Origin: a virus
Taxonomy: Duplodnaviria; Heunggongvirae; Uroviricota; Caudoviricetes
Strand: one strand, 5' to 3'
DNA: 64,000 bases
Virus record (IMG/VR): IMGVR_UViG_2568526312_000010
Both the position numbers and the translations under genes were made by a program. Below are positions 1-13,152 of the stretch, piece by piece; the stretch's first letter is position 1; each line of letters starts with the position of its first letter. Below the pieces are notes generated by a model. That model had not been told where the DNA came from. It made no database searches and was given only the letters and a program-made list of their open reading frames with translations.

Positions 1-1285
1 TCAGCAAATCGTTAACGGCATCAGATGCCGGGTTACCTGCAGCCAGCGGTGCCGGTGCCCCTGCATCAGACGATCCAGCGCAGTATCACTGCGCGCCTGT
101 GCACTCTGTGGTGCTGCGGCCAGAATGCGGCGGGCCGTTTCCACGGTCATACCGGGGGTTTCTGCCAGCACGCGGGCCTGTTCTTCGCGTCCGTGAGCCT
201 CCTCACAGTTGAGGATCCCCATAATGCGGCTGTTTTCTGCCGCAACCGCAGCGGTGATCTGCGCGTTCACGTCCGGCTGCGCCGCGCTGGCGTTTTCGCC
301 CTCCGTCGCTGGCACCACGCCAGTAACGTCAGCCTGCGAAGCAGTGGCTGAAACAGTTGTTGATTGAGTCTCTTTGGTCATTCGCCCTCCTGAGAGACGG
401 GATTTACGTGCATCCAGTGCATCACGCATAACGGTGATCGCATCGGTGCTGTTGACAAGTTCATCAGCCAGTCCGGCATCAATGGCCTCCTGACCGCTGT
501 ACACTGCAGCCTCGGTATCCAGCACAGCCTGCACGGACAGGCCGGTATATGCCGACACCTTCTGCGCAAACATCCGGCGGGTTGCATCCATCCGGGACTG
601 CAGTGTTTCCCGGACATCACCCGGTAGATGGCTGTAGGGGTTGCCATCCACCTTATGGCTGCCGCTGTAAATCAGCGTGATTTCCACGCCCTGTTTCTCC
701 AGGGCAGCACCGTAATTACTGTGAGCCATCATGACGCCGATGGAGCCTGTCCGGGCGGTCTGCGTGACCAGACGCCGGGAGGCGGCGCTGGCAAGCAGCT
801 GACCTGCACTGCAGTTCATGTCGTTGGCCAGCGCCCATACCGGTTTTATGTCTCGCACACGGGCGATGATGTCAGCACAGTCAAATGCTCCCGCCACCAT
901 CCCGCCCGGTGTGTCCATATCGAGCAGAATGCCGTCCACCATCGGATCGCTGGCAGCCTGTTGCAGACGGGCGATAATGCCGTTGTAACCGGTCATTCCC
1001 GAATACGGCTGCAGCGCCCGCGTCCGGCTGACCAGCGTACCGGACACCGGCAGCACGGCGATGCCGTTCATGACCTGATAACTCCGGGCCTGTCGTGGTC
1101 CGTCATCATCACCGGATAACGCCAGCGCCGCGGGTGCCTCTCCGGCAGTCAGGCTGTCGCCGGATACTGCATCCGTCAGGCGGCTGATCCCAAGCTGGCC
1201 TGCAAGCGCACAAAAGAAAACCCGCGCATAGGCGGGTTCAAGCATCAGCGGCTCATTAAAAGCCATGCTGGCAATATGCGGGAGA

Positions 1286-1305
<20 letters not shown>
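1..1305 (-). CDS. C: head protease/scaffold protein gpC-like (S49 peptidase family), 3' end beyond window
   Basis: ORF 1..1440 contains TAELRNLPHIASMAFNEPLMLEP, recalled as lambda gpC N-terminus; probable GTG start at 1305 preceded by GGAGGAG; follows portal in lambda order. Confidence 0.75.
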
Positions 1306-4986
<3,681 letters not shown>

Positions 4987-5012
<26 letters not shown>

Positions 5013-5532
5013 TCAGCAACCCCGGTATCAGTTCATCCAGCGCGGCTGCTTTGTTCATGGCTTTGATGATATCCCGTTTCAGGAAATCAACATGTCGGTT
5101 TTCCAGTTCCGGAAAACGCCGCTGTACTGAGAGAGGGATCCCGTCAAGAATACTGGCAATTTCACCTGCGATCCGTGACAGCACGAAAGTACAGAATGCG
5201 GTTTCCACCACTTCTGCGGAGTCTCTGGCATTCTTCAGCTCCTGGGCGTCAGCCTGCGCACGCGTAAGTCGATGGCGTTCGTACTCAATAGTCCCAGGCT
5301 GGAGATCTGCCTCGCTGGCAGCCCTGTAATCCTCAACCTCTTTACGGAGTTTTTCATTTTCGATATCAGCTTCCCTCTGCGCATACCACTGAATTGCCGT
5401 GGCGGTATCAAATACAGATTCAACGCCCTTACCACCTCCGGAGACGCAAGGGAGCCCCTGAGACTGCCAGCGTTCAATCGTTCGCGGATCCACGTTGAAA
5501 ATTTCGGCAAGTTTCTTTTTATTAACCTTCAT
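4987..5532 (-). CDS. Nu1: terminase small subunit (Nu1-like), N-terminal DNA-binding domain divergent from lambda
   Basis: 181 aa; C-terminal two thirds (EIENEKLR...LSEYIEQS) match recalled lambda Nu1, first ~60 aa differ. Confidence 0.8.
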
Positions 5533-5556
5533 GAAACAGTCTCACAACAAATACAG

Positions 5557-5670
5557 GGTCCGACATGAAAGTGCCCGAAAATGACTTTTTCAGGCGTTTT
5601 CATGTCGGACCTTTACGGATTCGATATTAGAAAAAACAAATAGTTATGTTCGAGAAGTACCGACATGATT
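5557..5670 (-). promoter_or_regulatory. candidate cosB: three CCGACATGA elements, two forming a 14-bp perfect inverted repeat
   Basis: GGTCCGACATGAAA at 5557-5570 and its reverse complement at 5598-5611, third copy at 5660-5668; lies between Nu1 start and cosN. Confidence 0.5.
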
Positions 5671-5707
5671 TTCCCCGGAAAATTTTCATAAATAGCGAAA
5701 ACCCGCG

Positions 5708-5719
5708 AGGTCGCCGCCC
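5708..5719 (-). other. cos: cosN cohesive-end sequence (lambda-type)
   Basis: minus strand reads GGGCGGCGACCTCGCGGGTTTTCGCTATTTATGAAAATTTTCC, recalled lambda left-end sequence, upstream of Nu1. Confidence 0.75.
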
Positions 5720-5918
5720 CGTAACCGGTCGGATCGCCGGAAAGGACCCGCAAAATGATAATAATTATCATCTACATGTCACAACGTGCATCTACGCCAT
5801 CAAACCACGTCAAATAATCAATTATGACGCAGGTATCGTATTAATTGATCTGCATCAAATTAACGTAAAAGCAACTTCAGATAATACAAATCAGCAACAC
5901 TGAATATGGGGCAACATT

Positions 5919-6143
5919 ATGTCATCAAAGAACAGAACCCGCAGAACAACAACCCGCAACATCCGATTTCCAAACCAGATGATTGAACAAATTAACATCG
6001 CTCTTGATCTGAAAGGTTCAGGAAATTTTTCAGCGTGGGTTATTGAAGCCTGCAGAAGAAGATTAATTAATGAAAAATATTCTCAATTTGTACCCAACAA
6101 AGACAAACACGACCAGAGAACCTGTTCAGACAGGTTTACTTAA
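5919..6143 (+). CDS. ribbon-helix-helix-like small DNA-binding protein
   Basis: 74 aa; RNIRFPNQMIEQINIAL...NFSAWVIEACRRRL resembles RHH (Arc/MetJ/CopG) fold; opposite strand to the late genes; diverged homologue at 55560. Confidence 0.45.
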   Translation: MSSKNRTRRTTTRNIRFPNQMIEQINIALDLKGSGNFSAWVIEACRRRLINEKYSQFVPNKDKHDQRTCSDRFT

Positions 6144-6224
6144 ACGACTTATATATGACACAAAAAGCGACCACTAAAGTCGCTTTTTCTTATGGTAACA
6201 GGCAATAACGCTCTCAGATATTTT

Positions 6225-6539
6225 TTAGCATTTTTTTGACCGCGCGTTTCCGGACGTATTCTGTTCTCCTGTCCCTTTATATCGTCGGAATACCCGCCGC
6301 TCTTCAAATCCCATTCCCAACTCAGAATGTAGTCTGTTGACCGCTTGTTTTATTTCGGTCAGGTTCACCGGTGAAACCGGAGTCCGGCGCGCCTTACGCA
6401 AACACTCTGCTCGTTTCTGTGCCGCCACTTTTCTTTTCTGGTCATCACTTAGCTGTACCATCACTTTTGCCCATCGTTCAGCTGCTCTCCGGTACAGTCC
6501 TTTTTTCTCCAGACATTCTGCCAGGTGATCATGTAGCAT
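6225..6539 (-). CDS. PerC-family (Pch-like) transcriptional regulator homologue
   Basis: 104 aa with LEKKGLYRRAAERW and FRRYK motifs recalled from PerC/Pch proteins; sits in the Rz-to-cos moron slot; AT-rich region follows. Confidence 0.5.
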   Translation of the reverse strand: MLHDHLAECLEKKGLYRRAAERWAKVMVQLSDDQKRKVAAQKRAECLRKARRTPVSPVNLTEIKQAVNRLHSELGMGFEERRVFRRYKGTGEQNTSGNARSKKC

Positions 6540-7002
6540 AAGTAACCTCCGTTTATCTACAGACTGCCATCCTGAATTTACCGTCCTTAATAAGACAACA
6601 ATAAAAAACTAATTATATAAAAACAATAAAAATAATATACAAAAAAACTAAACAACAAAGAAAAGCAAATCATATCTGGCATTTTAATTGAAAGAGCAAT
6701 TACCGAACAAAAGACGCTGACTATATACTCAAAACCAAACAACAATTCTGCCAATCAGGTATCATGGCAACACACGGAATTACCATGTTTTTGCCTTCTC
6801 TGCCCATACAATACGGGCATATACTTCATACTCTATTGTAATATTTCTATCCATGTGCCCCACTCCATTTACCTGTAAATAATATTCAAAATATTTATCA
6901 CAGAAATCGTTTTTGGCCATGAACTGAGCACACTATAAAGTCCGGAACTGACTCTTTGTTAAATTACCTTAACGTTACCAGTAACACCTTCGTAACAAAA
7001 CA

Positions 7003-7476
7003 TCACGGTATACACTGGGTACGGATATATTCCTGTGCTCCTTCCAGTTGCTTCTGCATTGCCATCAGCCGTTCTCTGAGGATGAAATAATCCCGTTCAG
7101 CGGCTTCTGCCAGTCGGGGACCGGTTGCATTATCCACGCCGGAGGTGATGGGGGCTTTACGCAAGGAGCCTGGACAGTTGGCGTTGATGCGCAGGCGCTT
7201 ACGACCAGCGGCAACATCAGCACGCAGAGTTTCATTTTCAGCTCTCGCATCAGCTAATTCCCTCGAGTATCTGGCATCAAGTGCAGCAACATCACGCTGG
7301 CGCTGCTGCATATCAGTAATGGTTGCATTTGCCAGCTCCAGCTCACTGACTTTTTTATCGCGCTGCTCTTTGTAGGTTATGGCGTTATCGCGGTAATGAT
7401 TCAGCCCCAGACTAAGCGCACCACAGACCACCAGCAGAATAACGGTAAACGCGGAAAGCATTCGGTTTATGCTCAC
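7003..7476 (-). CDS. Rz: Rz i-spanin
   Basis: 157 aa with N-terminal TM segment and coiled-coil body, last gene of lysis cassette; contains Rz1 in +1 frame. Confidence 0.8.
   Translation of the reverse strand: MSINRMLSAFTVILLVVCGALSLGLNHYRDNAITYKEQRDKKVSELELANATITDMQQRQRDVAALDARYSRELADARAENETLRADVAAGRKRLRINANCPGSLRKAPITSGVDNATGPRLAEAAERDYFILRERLMAMQKQLEGAQEYIRTQCIP
7065..7250 (-). CDS. Rz1: Rz1 o-spanin lipoprotein (embedded in Rz)
   Basis: [15 protein letters not shown] lipobox then proline-rich PPSPPAW; nested inside Rz. Confidence 0.7.
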   Translation of the reverse strand: MRELKMKLCVLMLPLVVSACASTPTVQAPCVKPPSPPAWIMQPVPDWQKPLNGIISSSENG

Positions 7477-7618
7477 CCCACCAGCCCTGCCGAAGTCAAC
7501 GCCATCCAGGCCATGGAAAGAAAAAGAGCAACCAGCATTAGTGAAAATGAAATGCCGACAAGTACACAGAGGCTCTTCACCAGCGTTATGAGTTTATCTG
7601 ATATCATTAGCCACCCCA

Positions 7619-8188
7619 TCAATCCGCCTTTGTTATTTTCCCTTTGCCTGTATCAGCCAGGACAAAATCAATCAGCATATTCGCTTCATTTACCAGCGTA
7701 CGGATTTTTGATACATGCGCGGCTTTAACCTGTTTCCACTCATTCAGCCCGGTAGCAAACACACTGGCAATGTTTTTATCCCGTTTCATGTCAGCACAAG
7801 CCTGGTTGAGTTCTTCCATCACGCTCATTTTACGGGGATTAACGACAAAACCCTTCGTCCAGTACTCGTAAAGAACATCGTCGCACTCTTCCTGATACCG
7901 GATGACCTTATCGCGGATTTCGGGTTTTACTTTGTTGGGATTAATGGTTTGTAGCCAGCCGGCAAGTTTTCGAAGTGGCATGGACACCATATTGCGTTGT
8001 TTCCCATCCTCAGCAACCATAACGATTTCCGTTATAGTTGACGCAAAACGCTGTCTTAACTTAGCCAACTGTGATTGCCAGGCCAGCCCCATCCCCGCAA
8101 CGACAGGTTTCATGGGAACGTATGGTTCGCCATTATGGTTAACTACATAAAGAGAGTTGCCGTGAAACGGCACGGCCATCATATTCAT
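7619..8188 (-). CDS. antirepressor-like protein (Bro-N / KilA-C-like)
   Basis: 189 aa between endolysin and Rz; N-terminal AVPFHGNSLYVVNHNGEPYVPMKPV resembles Bro-N; has its own 270-bp upstream region. Confidence 0.5.
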   Translation of the reverse strand: MNMMAVPFHGNSLYVVNHNGEPYVPMKPVVAGMGLAWQSQLAKLRQRFASTITEIVMVAEDGKQRNMVSMPLRKLAGWLQTINPNKVKPEIRDKVIRYQEECDDVLYEYWTKGFVVNPRKMSVMEELNQACADMKRDKNIASVFATGLNEWKQVKAAHVSKIRTLVNEANMLIDFVLADTGKGKITKAD

Positions 8189-8297
8189 CGGTTATTTCCT
8201 TTTAGTGATGAACCTTGTCTCACAGGAATCCAGCCCACAGAAAGGCACCGACAGCCAAACCGGTATCCTCAAGGGTCATCCTGAAAGGTTCTGTGTT

Positions 8298-8319
8298 GTG
8301 AGATGCGCGTGAGATGCGC
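8298..8319 (-). repeat. tandem 11-bp direct repeat GTGAGATGCGC x2 upstream of antirepressor gene
   Basis: exact tandem duplication about 110 bp upstream of the ant-like start; possible operator. Confidence 0.5.
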
Positions 8320-8458
8320 AGAAATGACAAAGGCATCATTACGGTGCCTGAGTGTTAAACAACTGTTTTGACTTTATTCACTTACATTTTGCCAATTTGC
8401 AGGATTTCGTGTTATCCGTCCATGTAAGCAAACCTCATTTTTCAGCAAAATATTCTGC

Positions 8459-8992
8459 TTATCTGTCGATTCCCCAGCACGCCAGCGCGCTCTCCTGGTC
8501 ACGACGGGATACCTGACCGTAACAGTTATTTGAGCGAATACGGCAGTCCCTGCCACCGTCCTTAATCCACCAGCGAATCGCTTCGCAGGCACCTTTTCGA
8601 TCTCCTGCATTAATCCGTCTGTAAAACGTCGACGGGAAACACTTACCGGGGCCAATGTTGTACGGACAGAATGACGCGATCCCCGCTTTCTGGGGTTCGG
8701 TCAGCGGCACTCTGATGTTTTTCTCCACCCATGCCAGCGCCTTATCACGCTCAATGGCGTTAACCCGGTCGCATTTTTCCTTCGACAGCTTCATGCCAGG
8801 AATAACAGGCTTACCATCCCCCCGGGTGGCTCCACGGCAGATGGTCCAGATACCCGCACCATCACGGTATGCTGTGGTGTGGTTACCTTCCTTTTCATCC
8901 AGAAACTGGTCGAGGATTTCAGGCGCAGACGCCCCTGCACCAATCAGCGCCAGAACGGCAGCCGACAGGCCGTATCTGATTTTTGCGTTCAT
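8459..8992 (-). CDS. R: SAR endolysin (phage lysozyme, T4-lysozyme-like fold)
   Basis: 177 aa; weakly hydrophobic N-terminal segment YGLSAAVLALIGAGA then E..D..T catalytic spacing (EGNHTTAYRDGAGIWTICRG). Confidence 0.85.
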   Translation of the reverse strand: MNAKIRYGLSAAVLALIGAGASAPEILDQFLDEKEGNHTTAYRDGAGIWTICRGATRGDGKPVIPGMKLSKEKCDRVNAIERDKALAWVEKNIRVPLTEPQKAGIASFCPYNIGPGKCFPSTFYRRINAGDRKGACEAIRWWIKDGGRDCRIRSNNCYGQVSRRDQESALACWGIDR

Positions 8993-9042
8993 GGATATTT
9001 ATCAGGGTTTATCGATTTCAAATCCCTGGATATGTTAAGTCT

Positions 9043-9390
9043 TCAGGCCAGCGGTGGAGTCTTCAGAGAACCCGTAATTATTCCCGGTAGTTTTCCTCTG
9101 TAGGTTATCAACACATCCTGCGCCTCTAAAATTACGGGACGCTTTTCCGGTAACGGACCATCCCCTTCACATAACCCGGCAGCAACATCCATGAAAAACT
9201 GCTTCGCCTGCTTTTTCGCCTCAGCTTCGTAAAACTCCAGCGTGGCACCTTCAGTACGGTCAAGACTAATCGCCACATCTGGCAACAACAGTGACGGATA
9301 CCCACCAATTTCCGGTGCCACAGTAACAGTAATCTTATCCGGGTAATTATTTATCCCTTTAACAACCAGTTCGTATTTTTTCTTCATCAC
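9043..9390 (-). CDS. hypothetical protein within lysis cassette
   Basis: 115-aa ORF between holin and endolysin, identical in both prophages. Confidence 0.45.
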   Translation of the reverse strand: MMKKKYELVVKGINNYPDKITVTVAPEIGGYPSLLLPDVAISLDRTEGATLEFYEAEAKKQAKQFFMDVAAGLCEGDGPLPEKRPVILEAQDVLITYRGKLPGIITGSLKTPPLA

Positions 9391-9391
9391 T

Positions 9392-9598
9392 TTACTCTCC
9401 CCGCGCCGCCTTACGCCGGTCTTCTTTAATCTTGAAATACAGGTTCGTCAGATATGTCAGCAGCCCAAACAGCAGACTCCCCAGCACGCCTATCGCCACC
9501 CACTGGGACGGAGAGACTTTGTCCAGCAGCTGCAGTAACCAGTATCCCGTCCCCACCGCTGACGTGGTGTATGACACACCCGTTGTGATTTTTTCCAT
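9392..9598 (-). CDS. S: class II holin / pinholin (phage 21 S-like)
   Basis: 68 aa, two TM segments and RKAARGE tail, close to recalled S21 sequence. Confidence 0.85.
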   Translation of the reverse strand: MEKITTGVSYTTSAVGTGYWLLQLLDKVSPSQWVAIGVLGSLLFGLLTYLTNLYFKIKEDRRKAARGE

Positions 9599-9854
9599 CT
9601 GATGTATGTCTCCGTCACCGCCGACAGAAAATGAAAGTAAAGAAAAACAAAAAAGCCGCCAGTGTCACCCACTGACGGCCAACGCCGGGAGCCGTGATTA
9701 TGGCATTCAGGCTCTGCTAAAAATGCCAGATAACATTCCGGCCACCCCCTGATTCAGGTTATAAATGACACAATATCTTGACAACATCCGTCACTGTCTG
9801 TCAGAAAATGTACTGCCATATAGAAGCAACATGTGAAGTACATCTATCCTTTTG

Positions 9855-9897
9855 AGCCAGCACCTCTCCACCGAAAGTCAGTGCTGGCTGTTTTTTT
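9855..9897 (+). terminator. rho-independent terminator on plus strand (antisense to late operon)
   Basis: AGCCAGCAC...GTGCTGGCT stem followed by T7 on the plus strand only. Confidence 0.5.
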
Positions 9898-10005
9898 CCT
9901 TAATAAAGCATCTGTAACTGAAACAATCCGCATATTGATAATATATTGACAGGCATCATTGCTGTCTGTGAAAAATAAGTCTCTACAAACATATAAGGCC
10001 TTTTA

Positions 10006-10045
10006 GCCAGCGTCTTCTTTCAGGTCAGTCGCTGGCTCTTTTTTT
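10006..10045 (+). terminator. second plus-strand rho-independent terminator abutting the nanS-p stop
   Basis: AGCCAGCG...CGCTGGCT stem followed by T7 on the plus strand. Confidence 0.5.
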
Positions 10046-10046
10046 A

Positions 10047-11897
10047 TTATGCTGCCGGTGCATTTATCTCCAGCACCAGACTTTCTATCTCAACGCCATA
10101 CGCTGCATTTTTTGTAACATCCGTCAGCGTCAGCGCATTCAGTCCCAGTGTCAGACTGTCTTTTATAACCTGGAATGCCGGGCCAGCCACTCCATTCAGT
10201 TTCGGAGTAACCGTGGCACTGCCGGCGGTGAACACCAGCTCCAGCGTCTGCCAGTCGTTACCGTAATCGCCGAACTCCCCCAGCTTCGTGTTTCCGGCTT
10301 TCCTGTGATGCATCAGATTCACTCTGCCGTCAGTGGTCTGAGTAAAGTACGACATCAGGAACGGATTACCGGTACCCGTCATCGCCACACCATCAGGAAC
10401 GGGAGCATCCGTATACAGATAAATCCCCAGCCCGAACTGATTGTTGGTCAGCGCGCCTGACAGGCGGAACTTACAGGTCAGTCTGCCGCCCTGTGTCAGC
10501 AGGGTAATTGCGTCATCCACCGGATGCGTCAGGGACCAGGTTTTATTGCTCTGCCTGGTGATCTTAAATACACCATCTGACAACTGAATTCCGCCATCCT
10601 TAATGCTCCAGCCCTGCGCAGCAGCCTCTCCGGCTGCCGGCAGCAGGGAGATTGTGCGAACGGACGTATCTGCAGACGGACCCGATGGCGTGTTGCCGCC
10701 GGGCGAGGGTTTGATTTCCGGTGCCTTACCACTGATGAAGGCTGAGGTGCGCCCGGCTGCGTTCAGAATAGCGGTTGCCAGACGCTCCGGAATAATGCTC
10801 CTGCGCGCCCATGAACTGAAATGTGTCGGGCGGTTTGATGATACCTGGTTTCCATTCGTTCTCGATGCCGCACCGTAATATCCTGATGCCGGAATATCCG
10901 GATCTTCTGCCGGCGCGTTAGTGGCGGTATTGACGCCGTTACCGTCTGTCATGAAGGGCACAAAATAAACGCCCTCACTCTCCCTGTTTTTATACCCGCC
11001 GTACACGGTGTCGTACTGGGTAGCGTATGTATTTTTCCAGTAATACGTCGTGTCACCACAAATCCACGGCACATCTGCAGCACTGCCACCATGGCACTGC
11101 GCGTTAAACACGGAGAGGTCAGCACGAAACTGTGCCAGCATGGCTGTAAACAGCGCAGGTTGCTGTGCGTGGGTGGCGGCGCTCATGTCAAACTCTCCCT
11201 GCATCCAGCAGACGGCCAGCAGAACGTTTTTGGGATTTTTCTGCAATGCCGCTTTTGTGCGGGAAATCAGATCCTGATATAACGGCTTGCCCACCCCCCA
11301 GCGTGCCGAATCCTGGCTGGCCCCCGTGGACTCGCTGAATGTCCCCTCCGCGCCCTGGGTAAATGCCGAACCACCACGACAGCATGGTACCAGCAGGATC
11401 CCCGCGTTATTCGGGATATACGGGAGCAGTTTTTTGGCAATATGTAACCCCTGGCCGACACAGCCGTACTGCCCTTTGCTCAGGTCTGCCTTCGGATGAT
11501 TCAGCGTACTCATATCCTGCACATCATGCAGGCAGTGGTCGGCCGGAATAATATCGTTATATCTGCAGGCAGCCCCACCCGGCGTCACTGTACTGCGGCG
11601 CGCCAGCTGTTTAATGCGCGGATCCGGAGCATCGTATGAATCCGGCAGCGGAAGCCCTTCACCGTAAGCCATGGCATTGGACTGCCCGGCCAGTACGATG
11701 ACGTAGTACCAATCCGGCTCAGTTGCACCACTGACCACCACATCACCTTCTGCTGTAATCGCCTGCATCAGGGTATAAGGGGTTATGGCCACCGGACTAC
11801 CAAACGGCTGCCAGCCCTCTTTCAGTTTGTGTGTCAGCTTTTCCGCAAGGTCTGACGGCGACGCCGCCCTGACAACATCATAATGTTTAATCGACAT
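10047..11897 (-). CDS. nanS: prophage sialate O-acetylesterase NanS-p (DUF1737 N-terminal domain plus SGNH-type esterase)
   Basis: 616 aa; GQSNAMAYG esterase motif; position upstream of the holin as in Stx-type phages. Confidence 0.8.
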   Translation of the reverse strand: MSIKHYDVVRAASPSDLAEKLTHKLKEGWQPFGSPVAITPYTLMQAITAEGDVVVSGATEPDWYYVIVLAGQSNAMAYGEGLPLPDSYDAPDPRIKQLARRSTVTPGGAACRYNDIIPADHCLHDVQDMSTLNHPKADLSKGQYGCVGQGLHIAKKLLPYIPNNAGILLVPCCRGGSAFTQGAEGTFSESTGASQDSARWGVGKPLYQDLISRTKAALQKNPKNVLLAVCWMQGEFDMSAATHAQQPALFTAMLAQFRADLSVFNAQCHGGSAADVPWICGDTTYYWKNTYATQYDTVYGGYKNRESEGVYFVPFMTDGNGVNTATNAPAEDPDIPASGYYGAASRTNGNQVSSNRPTHFSSWARRSIIPERLATAILNAAGRTSAFISGKAPEIKPSPGGNTPSGPSADTSVRTISLLPAAGEAAAQGWSIKDGGIQLSDGVFKITRQSNKTWSLTHPVDDAITLLTQGGRLTCKFRLSGALTNNQFGLGIYLYTDAPVPDGVAMTGTGNPFLMSYFTQTTDGRVNLMHHRKAGNTKLGEFGDYGNDWQTLELVFTAGSATVTPKLNGVAGPAFQVIKDSLTLGLNALTLTDVTKNAAYGVEIESLVLEINAPAA

Positions 11898-12374
11898 CGA
11901 ATTTCTCCCGTGTACAGGAACAGAGTTAAAAAGCCGGAACCGGAATCAAATCACAGGATGACCATCTGCCAGTGGCTGGTCGTAAAAAAAAGCCGCGCCA
12001 TGCGCAGCCGGAAATAAAGGGATAACGATGATAGTTTGAGAAAAACAGAAACAACACTTTTGTGGCAAAGCATGGTGCCGGGTGCCTCCCGGTGAATTCA
12101 GTATCAGCACCTGAATCCGCGATTATCCCATATACCTGGTTGCTGATCGCCCCTCCGCACAGGGGGATTCACCATGCAGAAGTGTTTTTAATAAACAGCA
12201 AACAAAAAAATCAAGCATTATGCAGGCTGTTTCTTTTTATCACCGGCCACAGCAATACCACAATGCCGCAGACCAGCACCCCATCCGCCAGCACCGACAT
12301 GATTCTGCTGGTGAAATCCACCATCACCACCAGAAACAGCAGGAGTGCAGCCACAGCCAGGCGCAGTTTTACCG

Positions 12375-12806
12375 TCACAGGTGATTCTCCAGACGAAGAC
12401 CCAGAACACCGGCAATCTCTTCCAGCACCTTGCGCTCTTCCGGCTCAATTTCGCCGTCTGCCTCCGCAATGGCCACCGCCACATCCAGCACATCTTCCGC
12501 TTCACGCGTATCGTGTTTCACATCCTCAATCTCACGTAACGCCGCACGACGACCAGTTTTAAAGTTCGTATCCAGCTGACCGATAATGGTTGCGCTAATC
12601 GCATTAATTTCTGACGTAAACGCGGACAGCGCAGGCTGATTACGCAGTACCTGTTCGATCTTCGCTTTCTCGGATGCCTCACATTCACCATCTGCACAGG
12701 CCACCAGGTATGCGGCGTTAATCACCACCTGTGCCAGATCGCGTTTTTCAAACTTTTTAATTTCCGTTGCCGCTCTGCGGGTTTTCTTTTTGAAGATTCC
12801 AAACAT
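12375..12806 (-). CDS. TerB-like (tellurite-resistance-like) protein
   Basis: ACADGECEASEKAKIEQVL...AIAEADGEIEPEERKVLEEIAGVLG pattern; start taken at ATG 12806 with AAGGA RBS. Confidence 0.65.
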   Translation of the reverse strand: MFGIFKKKTRRAATEIKKFEKRDLAQVVINAAYLVACADGECEASEKAKIEQVLRNQPALSAFTSEINAISATIIGQLDTNFKTGRRAALREIEDVKHDTREAEDVLDVAVAIAEADGEIEPEERKVLEEIAGVLGLRLENHL

Positions 12807-12936
12807 CGTGACGTTCCTTTGGGTGGGTGAGCCAACGCCCGGGAGCGATCTGCCCACAGAGAAAGTCACACTGACCACTCCGTAAGCTCACCCCCGAAAG
12901 GCTCTGTGGTTGGTATGCGCCGGGCGTGGCGCAGAT

Positions 12937-12962
12937 ACAAAAAAGGCCCGCCGAAGCGAGCC
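12937..12962 (-). terminator. rho-independent terminator downstream of tRNA cluster
   Basis: minus strand GGCTCGC-TTCG-GCGGGCC hairpin followed by T6. Confidence 0.55.
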
Positions 12963-12975
12963 TGGAAAATAAGTG

Positions 12976-13052
12976 TGGCGCGTTGTAGTGGAGTCGAACC
13001 ACTGACCGATTGCTTAGAAGGCAATTGCTCTGTCCGGCTGAGCTAACAACGC
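12976..13052 (-). tRNA. tRNA-Arg (anticodon TCT)
   Basis: hand-folded cloverleaf with perfect 7-bp acceptor stem, CTTCTAA anticodon loop, TTCGACT T-loop, CCA end. Confidence 0.8.
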
Positions 13053-13065
13053 AGAATACCGATAA

Positions 13066-13145
13066 TGGACCGCCATCGGGGACCCGGCCCCGCACCAACA
13101 ACCCTGTTATGGTGTCGTCTGCTCTTCCTGATAAGCTAATGGCGG
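13066..13145 (-). pseudogene. degenerate tRNA-like remnant (position of tRNA-Arg(TCG) in prophage 2)
   Basis: acceptor-stem halves conserved but interior replaced; no canonical T-loop or anticodon stem. Confidence 0.4.
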
Positions 13146-13152
13146 TTTGTGA

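Noticed and set aside
25-1119. Plus-strand ORFs 25..351, 378..647(-) and 628..1119
   Set aside because: All lie inside the gpC-like gene; typical shadow ORFs of GC-rich coding sequence.
12062-12562. 166-aa plus-strand ORF (and its copy at 61215..61715)
   Set aside because: Overlaps the TerB-like gene on the opposite strand and the upstream intergenic region; low-complexity translation.
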